From assembly GCA_034780895.1 (NCBI GenBank), contig JAUZTB010000107.1:28813743-28877742 (forward strand): a stretch of 64,000 nt of DNA, given 5' to 3'. The notes beneath the pieces were generated by a model that was not told where the DNA came from, made no database searches, and worked only from the letters and a program-made list of their open reading frames with translations. Positions 13,960 through 26,990 of this stretch are shown piece after piece; positions within the stretch are counted from its first letter, which is position 1, and the number at the start of each line of letters is the position of its first letter. The stretch comes from Rhynchobatus australiae (lineage: Eukaryota). A program made the translations under genes and the position numbers.

Positions 13960-15645
13960 CAAACAAATGAATTAGGAGCAGGAGTAGGCCATTCGACCCT
14001 TAGGCACACTCCACCATTCAGTAAGATCATAAATGATCCGATAGTGGCCTCAACTTCACAATGTTACTTTCCATTCCCCTCCCAATATCCTTTCACCCTT
14101 TTGCATATTGTACCTCTGTATCTGCCTTAAAAAGATTTGAAGACTCTGCTTCCTCTGCCCTTTCAGGAAGAGAGCTCTACGGCTCTCTGACAAAGGAAAA
14201 TGTCTCATCTTTTTTAAATGGATGATCCCTAATTTTTAAGCACTGACCTCAAGCAGAAACATCCTTTCCACAGCCACCTTGTTAGGACCCCTCAGGATGT
14301 TTTAATTGTTTCCACCACTCTTCCAAACTCCTGTGCAACACAAAACTGGCCGTCCAACTTTTCCTCATTAGGTAACCTACCCATTCCAGATGTCAGACCA
14401 GTAAATGGGCACTGCAGGTAGTGCAGCAGTCTTGCAGTTCCAGTGACTTGGGCTCAATTCTGACCTCCAGTGCCATCTGTGTGGAGTTTGCATGTTCTCC
14501 CTGTGATTGTGTGGCTTTCCCCTGGGTGCTCCACTTTCTTCCCTCATCCAAAGATATCTGCTTGTTAGGTTAATTGGCTAATACATATTGCCTTTGGTGT
14601 AAGTGGGTGGTAGAAGAATCAGAGGGGTGTTAATGGGTATACAAGGGAGAGAATAGTTTACAGGAAAATAAAATGAGAATGGGATTAATGGGATTGCTCT
14701 GAGAGCTGACATAACTCGATGGCCTGAATGGCTCCTTCCATGTTGTTAGGGAATATGAAATAAGCCTTCTCTGAGCTTCTTCCAATGCCTTTTATATCCT
14801 TCCTTAAATAAGCATACATAGTAATCTGAATGTGGACTCGCCAATGCCCTATATAAACAAAGCATAACCTCTCTGCTTTAGTATTCAATTCCCCCTTGTA
14901 ATATACAACAACATTCTGTTGGTTTTCCTGCATAATAGCCTTTCGTGAATTGTACCAAGGACACACAGATACCTTTGCATCTCAGAGTTCTGCAATCTCT
15001 TATCATTTAGATAGTACTTTTCCAGCCAAAATGGAGAATTTCTTATTTTCCTATTTTATACTCCATAAGCCCTATCTTTGCATACTCACCTTACTCACAT
15101 GCTCACCATATCATCCCTCCAATACCTCCTTGTGTCCTTTATGCAAATTGTTTTCCTAAATTGTCATCAGCAAATTTAGCAACAGTATCTTGCATGCTAT
15201 TATCCAAGCACTTTTCATAAAATTGGGGCCTACTACTGGTACCTGTGACACATGGCTTGTTACAGTTTACCAACCAGAAAAAGGCCATTTATGTCTACTC
15301 TCTGTTTCCTGTTAGCCAGCAATCTTCTATCCATTCCAATACACTACCTTTTACNNNNNNNNNNNNNNNNNNNNNNNNNNNNNNNNNNNNNNNNNNNNNN
15401 NNNNNNNNNNNNNNNNNNNNNNNNNNNNNNNNNNNNNNNNNNNNNNNNNNNNNNTCTATCCATTCCAATACACTACCTTTTACAGCAATAATTTTTGATG
15501 CAGCATCTTATTAAGTACCTTCCGGAGATCTAAGTCAAGCAAATCCACCAGTTCCCCTTTATCAGCTTGTTACTTCTTCAAAAAACAATAAGCTGGTTAA
15601 ATACGCTTTCCCTTTTGTATAATTATGTTAACGTTGCCTGATTAC
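13960..15645 (-). mobile_element. Decayed CR1 LINE interrupted by a SINE
   Basis: Reverse-complement 3' UTR 'ttaggagcaggagtaggccattcgaccc'; RT remnants continue on both sides of 14405-14760. Confidence 0.75.
14405..14760 (+). mobile_element. V-SINE (HE1-like) inserted in CR1
   Basis: V-domain 'tctgtgtggagtttgcatgttctccctgtg...gggtgctccactttcttccctcatccaaaga', with a tRNA-like head and CR1-like tail 'ggcctgaatggctcctt'. Confidence 0.8.
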
Positions 15646-15809
15646 AAAAGCTGTGGCAGGCTGAGAATGTTTGCTGCTCATAATGTAATCAGCAGTCTCT
15701 GAGGTTTGCCCTGAAATTAGATTACTAAAATTTGCAATCAATCCTGCCTCAGCCTTTTAAATTTATTCAAAGCGAATGTCAAGGTGACTAAATTTGAACA
15801 GAACTCAAC

Positions 15810-15950
15810 AACAGTTTTCTAAAAAAAAGGCTGTTAATCTGAAATGTTAACTGCTTCTTTCTCCACTGGTGTTGCTTAATCTGCTGGGTATATCCAGCAT
15901 TTTCTATTTTTATTTCAAATTTGCATCATGTACAGTATCTTGCTTTTGAA
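15810..15950 (+). mobile_element. Penelope-like element terminal repeat, decayed
   Basis: 'ctgaaatgttaactgcttctttctccac...ctgctgggtatatccagcattttctatttttatttc'; same family as 17880-18010. Confidence 0.7.
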
Positions 15951-17879
15951 CCACCAAACATCTTAACCTGTGCGCCTACTGAAAATGCCAACCTGCATCC
16001 CATCAATGTTGAAAGAAAACTGATTTGTGGCTGGGGGCTGCAGCACTTTTGAGATCCAATTATTTTTTATTAGTTTTGTTTGCTAGAATTATGTCAGGTG
16101 CAGTGAGTCAAAGGCCCAGAAGTCTGGGATCCAAACCACTGCTGATCAGGTTTCATTAGCAGTCGTCAGGAAACCACACTCTATGAGCCATCTAATTTTT
16201 AATAAAAAATAATTATTCATAAAAATACAATTAGAACTGTTCCAGTTCACAACTGCCTTTTTTTTCAGGCATTTCTCAGGTTTAATTTTAATTAAGTGCT
16301 TGCTTTGGCTGACATAAAGCTTTTACAATTCAGTCTCCAGTTTCTACTGGTCTTTTGGAAAAGCCAAGAAATCCTGAGATCACCACAGAACAGGGAGATG
16401 TCCTGTTGGTGCTCTGAAACTCCTGCTGGAAAATTCCTCAAACTCAACATGTTCAGAGTACAAAACTGTGATAAGAGCTCTTTCTGACTGCTGCCTTATA
16501 AAGGACTAGATCAGGTAAGCCCTGTGCCACTGCCTGCTGTCCACACCTAACTACACATCTTCTGTGTGCAGAAGGTCAGACAAGCTGGCCTGTTATACCC
16601 AACAGATACACAGTGCATTGNNNNNNNNNNNNNNNNNNNNNNNNNNNNNNNNNNNNNNNNNNNNNNNNNNNNNNNNNNNNNNNNNNNNNNNNNNNNNNNN
16701 NNNNNNNNNNNNNNNNNNNNNNNNNNNNNNNNNNNNNNNNNNNNNNNNNNNNNNNNNNNNNNNNNNNNNNNNNNNNNNNNNNNNNNNNNNNNNNNNNNNN
16801 NNNNNNNNNNNNNNNNNNNNNNNNNNNNNNNNNNNNNNNNNNNNNNNNNNNNNNNNNNNNNNNNNNNNNNNNNNNNNNNNNNNNNNNNNNNNNNNNNNNN
16901 NNNNNNNNNNNNNNNNNNNNNNNNNNNNNNNNNNNNNNNNNNNNNNNNNNNNNNNNNNNNNNNNNNNNNNNNNNNNNNNNNNNNNNNNNNNNNNNNNNNN
17001 NNNNNNNNNNNNNNNNNNNNNNNNNNNNNNNNNNNNNNNNNNNNNNNNNNNNNNNNNNNNNNNNNNNNNNNNNNNNNNNNNNNNNNNNNNNNNNNNNNNN
17101 NNNNNNNNNNNNNNNNNNNNNNNNNNNNNNNNNNNNNNNNNNNNNNNNNNNNNNNNNNNNNNNNNNNNNNNNNNNNNNNNNNNNNNNNNNNNNNNNNNNN
17201 NNNNNNNNNNNNNNNNNNNNNNNNNNNNNNNNNNNNNNNNNNNNNNNNNNNNNNNNNNNNNNNNNNNNNNNNNNNNNNNNNNNNNNNNNAAAAAATTCAC
17301 TTATTGAGGGAAAAATGCCCGATTGTTTTCATGTGGAAGTATTATGAATTATTTAAACAATTTACAGGGAAATGCAATTATTTCATATATGAAAAATTTT
17401 AATTAAATATTTGAATACTACAATGTCATGATAAACTGAAATAACTTTTGTCAAGAGGTATGATACACAAGATGATTAGTGCAATATTGAGATTACTTAA
17501 TGTCCATATTAATACATTGATCTTCACTAGGGCAAGAGGTCACTTAACATAGGGACTAGATTATACAAACAGCTACATTATAGTAACCCAGTAAGCATCA
17601 CCTGCACTCCAGGATACAAAAGGCCAAGTAGAATGATCTATGAAAAAAGAGCAGCATGATTTTAGGTTTTACGCATTCGGGTTTTGAACACAAATGCAAC
17701 AAGGTAATAAAGAACTTGTATTAGATTTTATTTCAGTTGCAGGTGATAGGACAATGTGTAATTTTGGACAACCCATTACAGATGGTGTACTGTCGCATAG
17801 AGTAGATGCAATGTTGGAACCAAAAGTAAATTATTGACCTGACTGGGAAATTCAAACTGGCTGAGTGAGGGGAGGAATC

Positions 17880-18270
17880 AAGAAGCAAAATACAGCAGAT
17901 GCTTGAAATACAAACAGAAGATTCTGGAAATACTCAACAGGTCAACAGCATTTGTGGAGCAAGAAACACAGTTAACATTTCGGGTCAATGACCTTTCATC
18001 AGAACTGAGAACAATGAGAAATAAAGCCAATTTTACATTGAAGAGAAAGGGCTGGGGTGGGACGTGGTGTGTGGGGGAGTGGTGACAACTAAAGGAAAGA
18101 TCTCTGAAAGGGTAGACAGCAGGGGAGGCTGAGTGACAGAAGCATTGGTGCCAGATGAAGGAGGGTGGTTCAGGTATGACCAGAAGAGATATAAAAAGGA
18201 AGAGGTCAATGAAATCTGAATGCCAGAAGAGGAGAGAGAAAAAAAACAAAGTGAATCCAAGAAATGTGTG
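17880..18270 (-). mobile_element. Penelope-like element 3' end (pLTR) with hammerhead motif
   Basis: Terminal repeat 17880-18010, preceded on the minus strand by a pyrimidine-rich UTR-like tract; contains the HHR core. Confidence 0.75.
17969..18007 (-). ncRNA. Minimal type-I hammerhead ribozyme motif (PLE-type)
   Basis: Minus strand reads CAGUU-CUGAUGA-A-AGGUC-AUU-GACCC-GAAAU-GUU-AACUG: 5-bp stem I, intact CUGAUGA and GAAA boxes, 4-bp stem II, GUU triplet. Confidence 0.7.
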
Positions 18271-18384
18271 AAGTAAGTCTGGAATGCTGATTATTATTGA
18301 ATTCAAAAGTGTCACATAATGGGTTAGTAATCAAAATGCGACTAAAAGAGTCCTCAAAAATTTGTCATATGCTGCAGTTATTCA

Positions 18385-18465
18385 CCAGACCCAAAACGTC
18401 GACTGTTTATTTCTCTCCACAGACGCTGCCTGACCTGCTGAGTTCCTCCAGCATTTTGTGTATGC
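18385..18465 (+). mobile_element. Penelope-like terminal repeat fragment, inverted relative to 17880-18010
   Basis: 'gacccaaaacgtcgactgtttatttctctccacagacgctgcctgacctgctgagttcctccagcattttgtgt'; retains CpGs, so probably younger. Confidence 0.75.
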
Positions 18466-18504
18466 TTCACCACATTTATAAATTAGTTTGATGATAGTAT
18501 GCCA

Positions 18505-19090
18505 CATTTTCAAGTTTGCTACTGGCATGAAGATAGGTGACATTGTAAGCAATCTTAAGGAAGCACTAAGATACACAGAGATGCCAATAGATGGAGTGAA
18601 TGGGCAAAATTATGGCAAGTGGATTCTGACATAGTCAAATGCAAGGACAGACCAGGCTACTTTATAGATATTGAACAGCTAGCAGTGGAGTATATGCAGA
18701 GGACTAGAATACAAAGTCCTATTTATACCACATTTGATGTACTGTCAGCAGATCTATATTCACACATATGGACCTTGGAGGGAAAGGGTAAAGATTTACT
18801 AGAATGATACTTATCTCCACAAATTAAACTACAGTGTTTAACACAAATGTGGAAAATTTCTAAATCTCAGGGAGGAATTTGATTAGAGTTTTCCAGATAT
18901 TAAGAGGAATAAGGAGGCCGAATTGAGAGAAACCATTCTCATTGGTTGAACAGTTTAAAAATGAGGGGCAATGTCTGAAACTCAGAACCAGGAAGCAAAC
19001 ACACAGGGGGGGTTACAGAAATTAGGAACTCTCCTGCAAATGGTAACCGACAACAATTATTAATTTTACATCTGAGATTAGTAGATTTTT
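18505..19090 (+). mobile_element. Highly decayed CR1 LINE RT
   Basis: KFATGMKIGDIV (KFADDTKIG-like) and EWAKLWQ remnants. Confidence 0.6.
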
Positions 19091-20993
19091 TTCCCCCATT
19101 CCTACTGTAGATTCACTGGGATAACATATGCAATGGTAGGCATGGATACAATAAGAGATTTGGAAGTCAGGGACTGCAATCACTAGAGTGGCAACAGTAA
19201 ATAGGATTTTAAAATATGAGAGACAGAGAAAAGACTACTTCAATTCATCAGTGAATTGTTAAGGACTGAGCATGCATTTAGGATTAGCAATGGGAACATA
19301 AAAGGAGCAGTTAAAAGATTTCTTTCAAGGGAAGGATAATTAGAACATGGAATACAACTCAACAAGTAGCTATTGAAGTCAAATCAATCACAAGGTTTAA
19401 GAGGCAAACTAATAAAAATTATTTTAAAATTAGTATAAAGATCAGAGAAAAGAGATTATACAATGTGAANNNNNNNNNNNNNNNNNNNNNNNNNNNNNNN
19501 NNNNNNNNNNNNNNNNNNNNNNNNNNNNNNNNNNNNNNNNNNNNNNNNNNNNNNNNNNNNNNNNNNNNNCAATGTGAAACTGGCACCAGTATTGGTAAAG
19601 ATGGCCAAAAGCCCAGCTTCTAAAGTAAGACTTCCAAGATTCCACAGCGATATTTCTTATGTGGTTGAGCCATATTGTACAGCTGTTCTTAGCAGCTATA
19701 ACACTGGAGTTTCCTTTATTATATTGAATACTGACCGTTCATTGAATTTGCAACGCAATAATCTCTATTTTAAGTTAACATTGAATTTAATCAACTTAAA
19801 TTTTATTCTATCAGTGGCTTTGAAAGAAGTTAACAGTGAAGCTTAACAACTTTTTGAGACATTAAATTCTAGACACAGTCATCATATCTAGTCTAGCCCA
19901 AGACCAAGAAACAAATACTTCACAAATTATAAGGAGAGCATATTGTGGAAGACAGTCCTGTGCATCAGATCTAAAAGTGAAGAGATAAAATGGGTACTGT
20001 ATTCCTGGACAAAATGCAGGTGTCATAATCATGACAGGTGAAGAAAGGTACAAGAGTTTGACTTGATATTTTACTGTTTTTAATCTGCCTCATGAAAATC
20101 ATGACATCATTCAAACTTTTCCTCCTATATGAGTCAAAGTGATGTGTAAAGAAATACAGTCCAGTTGTTCATGCAACTAAATCAGCTATTTATCACCCAT
20201 TTGACTTCTGGGAGTCACTGAGTCCTGGGAAATATAAAACATAATTTTTCATTTTAATTTTTATCTGCAGATTTCTAGATTTCACCACAGTGCAGACACC
20301 TGAACAAAGAAACTGAGGACACAGCAGAATGTTTAATTTTTTTTTAAATAAAGCTCTGTTTCAATAGTATTTGCATTCATTTACTATACTTCAGATAAAT
20401 ATAGAAACAAATGCTTGTACTAAAATAGCATTTCATAGGATTGACACCTCAATAATATTAATGGAAACTTATTACAGGATTTTTGGTTACAACTACAAGG
20501 AGAGGGTCACCTTTTGGAAATTTTTTTAAGACCATTTTGGGAAAGTAAAACTAGAATGGTAGAGATTAAGACAAGAGGATATGGATTCAAATTTGATATC
20601 TGAGTTAATTTAATAATCCAGCATCCTTTTCACTTTTGATGCTGCCTTTGTCATATTTGACATAGTGAGTTAATTAACAACTTTTAAAACTCCCACCATA
20701 CCAAACATTGTTCCTCCCCTATTCATACTAACTTCTATTGTGTTTATGATCCTCATCACACAGGTATCAAAATACATTTTATTTTTATTTACAAATGCAT
20801 CTCTTTGCCTCTTAGCCTAAAACCCACATGCTACAGCTTTTGTGCAGACTCTCAATTTGTTCCTAGATTGTTTACTGAATCTAACACAGTAACAGGACCA
20901 CAATTTGAGATTCTTTTCCTTAACCCATTCACCTTGTTGTATCTCTCTTTATTTTGAAAGCATCATGAAAATCTCTGTTTTGGGGCTAATTTT

Positions 20994-21290
20994 CAAAGTA
21001 AAATACTGCAGATGCTAGAAAGCTGAAATAAAAGCAAAGGTGGAAATACTCAACATGTCAGGCAGCATCTGTGACAAGGGAAATTGAGCTAATGTTTCAG
21101 GTCAATGACCTTTCAGCAAAGCTTGGATAAATAGAAATGAAACAAGGAGAGAAAGTGGGGAGTGGCAGAGAGAACAAAATGAAATGTTTGCCATAAGGTG
21201 GAGACCAGGAGAGATCAACAAGTTGAGATGGTACTGGTTGAATGAAGGAGGTCAAACTACTTTTGGAAGAGAAGCAAGTAATTTCTTCTT
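20994..21290 (-). mobile_element. Penelope-like element 3' end with degenerate hammerhead
   Basis: 'aaatactgcagatgctagaaagctgaaataaaagc...ggcagcatctgtg...gtttcaggtcaatgacctttcagc' plus an adjoining purine-rich tract. Confidence 0.72.
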
Positions 21291-24200
21291 GGTGTCTATT
21301 TTCCTTTTCAAGAGGAACCTCTGCAATACCGCACCATTCCCGAACCCTCCATGTTCCTGCTCATCACAGTTGCATCCTGACTGAGGTTACATTACCAACA
21401 AAAAGATCATTTACGTACGAAAGAATGGCTTCCAGCAGAGAGACAAAGGGAACTACACCCTATACCTTCCTCCATAGAGATCCAACTTCCTTTACAATTT
21501 GTTGCGGCTTCTTTTCCAAACACTTGAATTTGTAAGCTGTTATGACCACATGTTCAATCTCTTAACTCAATGGCCATTGAATATGACATTTTCTCAGATT
21601 GTTTGTTGTTACCCAAGTTCCACAGTCAAGCAGAGATGACTTCATTTACTTTTCGTTCAGCATAGAGGAGCAGGCAGAGTGTTTGCATTGAATGCTGCTC
21701 TTGGCTGTAACCCTGTTTTTTTTAAACAGGACCCACTCTATAAAGAACATGCCTCCTTTGGGTACTGTTCTTCCCCAGACTGCCTACATATTTTTTGATC
21801 CCATTGGAAGATCTTCCCACCACGGCAGCAACTAGTCATTAAGCAGCGAAACAGCCCAGAAGCTGGAAGAGTGCGACTTGTGATATGTCCCTTGAAAGGT
21901 TAACTTCTGACAAGGCAGCTGCAAGGCTAAATGCTACCAGGGCTTGCAATAGATCTAGAGTACTGCCTTTCAAAAACAGCACTAGTATGACACACAACAC
22001 TATTTTAACACTATTAAAGTGAAGCTGGACAATTTCTAGGCCCACATGTCTTGTACCATGAGCTCATCCCATCAATATAGAATAGCAGCTCCTCAAAAAT
22101 GTCCAAAGTAATTTTTCCAATTGGGATCAGGAATTCAGGTTCNNNNNNNNNNNNNNNNNNNNNNNNNNNNNNNNNNNNNNNNNNNNNNNNNNNNNNNNNN
22201 NNNNNNNNNNNNNNNNNNNNNNNNNNNNNNNNNNNNNNNNNNGGAATTCAGGTTCTGAGAATGATTAACTGATTGATTGTTTCCCATGGACAAAACACTG
22301 AGACATTCAAACTACTTTTTTCAAGCCTATGAGGGTATCTACTTATTCAGGTTAATTATTTAGCAAAGAAATCAATTTAAATATCAGGGCATATAGGCTA
22401 GGTGTATGATGGAATTTGGGTTAAAATTTTTGTTAAGGTGTAGATAACTTACCAAGCAAAATCATTTAAATGCATGATACTAATGGATCAAAGATATAAA
22501 TGGCTAAATTTTTGCAGAGAGCAGGGACTAAATTATATAGTGAGAATATGAGTAGGTGGATGATAAGTGTTGAACATAATGCTCTTTCTCTGTTCTGTAA
22601 AATGTTATTTCCTTATATAATACAATGCAAGGGGAGGGATGATGGTTACAAAGAAACAGTGTACTTCAGTTATATAAGACAATCTGTTGTGGCGTTTAAG
22701 ACAAAACAAAATGTTTAAGGTTAAAAAATGTCACTCAGCCACTTCTCAATTTTATTTCCTTTTCCCTTTGGTGAATTTTGCATGATTTTATTCCCTACTG
22801 GTAGGATTAGCCAGGCCTCTAAAGGCTTGTGTAAATCTAAGATAATCTGCAGTAAAATGAGTTAATTATATTTTGCTTTAATATTCTTATCTCAGGAACA
22901 TCTGTTTAAACAGTTTAAGCCTACATCACAGAGAGTCAGATTTCCTTACCTTTTGGGGGGTGGGGGAATTAGCAAATTATTGACTTTTGAACAATCTCAA
23001 CTAAATAACATTTAAAAATAATTAGTTATAAAAGATTTTGTTAAACAGGAAGTTATCTGCGGAAATGACCAAAAGTTATAATCATTAAGCATAACAATGC
23101 TGCAAAAGTTGATACTTGTAAAAGCAACTGCATCCGTTCTCTAGAATGTGGTATCTGCTTTAGTCACATAGACTGTTCATGTGAAAGTTGCAAACTACAA
23201 TACCAAGAGAGGTTCAGAATTTATGCTAACCTACAAAACTGGATTTCTTTTGTAGGTAATAAAGTAAATAGATTTATATTCTTAATTTAGAACTTAAGCT
23301 GCTACAAATAAAGAAGCTGCTTCTCGTTTGCTACATTTACTCAAAATCATCTGCAGCAAACCTCAAACAAATCTGCTGGTAATTTGAATAAATGTTCAAA
23401 CACTATTACAGAATTGGGATGTGAAGAATATCCACATCAATTAGAAAAGGCATGTTAATTTTGCAAGAATTTAATGAAGCATTTCAAAATGAAATTGGCC
23501 AATTAGCCTGTAGCATTTCTATCCATTATGGATATGGCATGAAGTATTATTTCATGGAAAACCTACTGATAAATATTGCCTTTCCTACTCTGAATACTGT
23601 AAAGCAGTTTCCTCTCTTGTAAACTGAAATTGCTGGAAGTTGCTCATTGAAGAGTTGCCTTTGACCTACAAACATAGGGGGAGGATGGATTAAAATGAAG
23701 GCTGCCCTCTTGTGAACTTTCATATCAGTATGCTCTCATTTCAGTTTTGTGAATTTCAAGCTGTTGTTGCAAGTGTAAAAACGAACACAGTATAATTCAT
23801 TCTGAAACATTATTCATCTTAGTAAATAAATACTTAATGTGAGTTCTGCTTCAGGAGAGCTGGGTAGAATATTGATCCAGGTAACTGATAAGTAAAGTTA
23901 ATCACTTGTTTAATAAATTCATGTTTTTGTTTAAATGGAAATTAACTTCATGGAACTAGTTTTGCCTCTTCCCATATGTTATCTTCTCATATGAAAGTCT
24001 AAGTTCTAAGGTTGAACAATGTCTACTTGGGCTGACATTTCCTTAAAGAAAACAGAATTTGATCAGGTGGAGACTGTGTTCTTCCAAAGCTATGTTGACT
24101 GCTGTTTTGCTTGGTTCTTTCTGAAATTCTCAATGCTTCTAATATTTCGCACAGAAATGATGACTGATAGTTTGTGTGACCTTTCAGAACCATCTGAGCC

Positions 24201-26644
24201 CAATTTACTGGCTACTAAGTTCATTGCACATCTCAGGATACCCTCTCTATCCAAAACATATTGGGAGTACACTATGCTAGGAGTGAACTAATAAATACAA
24301 AAACTACTTAAATATCTGTAGTTTCTGAAAAGCCATAGGTTTCCACTTATGGATGGAATTGTTGCCTTATGATTTTGAGGATCAGTCTACTAACATATTT
24401 TAATGCACTGTAAATATGATTGTTTCTCCTATGGAGTTTGTATACATTTCTTTTATTTCCTTGATATTTATTTTCATTGTCAAACACATTTAAATATTGT
24501 ACTTTCCTAAGATAGTTATTAATAGCTGCTTCAATTTATTAAAAACTTGATATGAATTTGAAGTAACTTTAGATTCCATTTATGTAATATTCCTACCTAC
24601 AGTGGAAACAGTGGCTTAGAAATTGTGGAGTGCCATTATATTGTGCCATTGTGAGATAATACAATGTATATTTCAGTTGTGAGTCCACCAAAGAAAACTT
24701 CAGTAGCAAATGTGATACATTTTTTCCTTGATGTACTGTAAAGCAGATGCACAGATTGGGTCTGTTGAGTGGGGGAGGGTGCAGGCAGTATTGGGGGTGG
24801 AGGGGTGGTGAGGAGAGGATTAGAAGAATGGGATCAGTTGTAGTGTCTATTACGGCCTGAGGTGGGGCTTTAGTTTGGCTATTAGAGAATGATTGCCACT
24901 TTGTTGGTGGGAAGAGATCAGAGCGTTCACTGGGAAATTGGAGAATTAGCACTTCAGTGGTGGATCTTTGTGGGGGTTGGGTGTGAACATTAAAAAAAGG
25001 AATAGTGCTTATTTTAGTGGGTCTGCTACATGCTGAAATGCAATGAAAACATGGTGGCCACAGGATTTAAAACTTATGCTGGAACATATCCAGTTGACTT
25101 TCCAGAGAGAGGGAAAATGACTGAGGAATGGTTATTACTGCACTTCACGTTGTCCTAAGTACATTTTCAATTGAGTGCCAATGAANNNNNNNNNNNNNNN
25201 NNNNNNNNNNNNNNNNNNNNNNNNNNNNNNNNNNNNNNNNNNNNNNNNNNNNNNNNNNNNNNNNNNNNNNNNNNNNNNNNNNNNNGTTGATCAAGATTGC
25301 ATTACTGATTTCTGAAAACTAAAAAAGCTCCGTAAAAAGCTGCAAAGCTTTTCCTTCCTGTGTCACCACCCACCCATCCCACCACTTTATTACAGCACTA
25401 AAAATGTTATGCTTAAAAACTATTGCAAACATACAGCATTTTTAACATATTACTATTTTTACACTGCATTCACACGACTCTATTTGTAATGAAAGCCTCA
25501 AGGTTTTTAAAGATTCCACAGTACAACTGAATACAGCATCTCATCACTACTGTGTGGCCAACGTTTTTACCATCACCAAAATCAGACCAAAAGATCAAGC
25601 ACTTTATTATGGATTGTGGACCTTCTCATGAGCAAAATGAATGTCATTTTCACATGCGTAATTGCAACTCTGGGACCTCTCATGGCAGGTGATAATACCT
25701 AAGTTTTTTGTTCAGCTGTTGCACAAAATATAATTGTTTCAGTATTTTATGATACAGTAGTTGAATCGATGTCAAATGCAACTTTACTTAAAGTCCAAGT
25801 TTTGATTACATGTTACGTAAACTTATTCCTGACAAAGTTTTTTTCATTGATTGACAATATTGCTCTAGTTAGCAATGAATTTATCATGAATATAGGCTTG
25901 TTTTATCTCTCTTAAAAGTTCTCTCAGTAACTTTTTATTACTTTACAATTTTCTCTGAAGATTATCATTGTGTTTATAATCTGTGAATTTATATCTTTAA
26001 TATTTTTATATTAATTTGTTTGTCCAACTTTCAATTTTTGGACCTGGAAGATAAGTTCTTCAACACAAAATGAAGAATTAAGTCACTATTGATAAATAGT
26101 CAAGAGATGTGTTAACCTTGGACAGAAACAGGGTCTGTTTTTACCACAGATTTTTCCAGGATTGAAACAGTAGTGAACATTTTATTTTCCCTACAGTGTG
26201 CCTTGGCCCAACCTGTAGGTTATCTCTGCCTCACCAATGGAACTTCCTCTACTTCTACAACTACGTTGTATTGTGTGGGGATAACATTTGTAGGTCCGAC
26301 AAATGAAAGACTATAAGTATAATACAATCACGTTCTGTACCAGGAACTTTAATGCATCATATTTATGAAGCAAATGTAAAAATATGGGAAAAAAGTTAGA
26401 AAACTATTCTACCCTGACCTTAAGATTAAAAAAAAACTTATATTTGTTTCTTTGCATTTAAGACATTTCACCTGGCAGACACTCCCTCATCTTGAGTCAT
26501 TAAAGAGCAATGTTAAACTCTGTCACCAACATCAGAACAACCATCATTTGGAAGAGTTGCACTTGTAAACCTGTCCCTCTGGCAAGGAAACCCGTCACCC
26601 CTTCACCCTCGCACTTCTCAGCAGAGTGCAAAAATAATGTTCGA

Positions 26645-26990
26645 AGAACACAAGAAGTAGGGGCAGGAATAAACCATGTGACCCCTTGAATCTCTGTGCC
26701 TTTCAGAACATCATGCATGATCTTCTGTCTTCATTTTCTTATGCACATATCGTTTGATTCCACTGTTATCCAAACATGTATTGAACAAGTTTCGAATGAA
26801 GTCAATGACTGAGCTTGCACAACGTGCATTAATACAAGAAAAATGAGGCATGATACATATGGAAGAATAACCATCACCCACCTCCCCTCCCTCCAGTCCA
26901 CTATTGTACTGACCCTGTTGAATTTTGTTTGAAGATAAGCTCTGCAATATTTCACCCTCTTTTCCCCTTCCACATTGGTTGCTTCTACTA
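26645..26990 (-). mobile_element. CR1 LINE 3' end
   Basis: 'agaacacaagaagtaggggcaggaataaaccatgtgacccc' is the reverse-complement CR1 3' UTR. Confidence 0.6.

Noticed and set aside
15326-15483. Direct repeats flanking 100-N gaps (also at 22130-22255, 29893-30040 and 38141-38274)
   Set aside because: Identical sequence on both sides of fixed-size gaps is the signature of unmerged contig overlaps, not TSDs or CRISPR-like repeats.
16564-17402. Long ORFs made mostly of X (also near 6.2, 33.9, 35.1, 45.1 and 63.2 kb)
   Set aside because: Artefacts of N runs, which contain no stop codons.
17878-18315. 145-aa hydrophobic ORF resembling a membrane protein
   Set aside because: It is a translation of the pyrimidine-rich PLE UTR and terminal repeat.
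20286-20312. RSS-like CACAGTG-11 nt-ACAAAGAAA
   Set aside because: 11-nt spacer, 6/9 nonamer match and no V, D or J segment nearby; expected by chance.
24770-24820. G-rich tract, possible G-quadruplex (also 8039-8070)
   Set aside because: Irregular or long loops within decayed low-complexity sequence; no further support.
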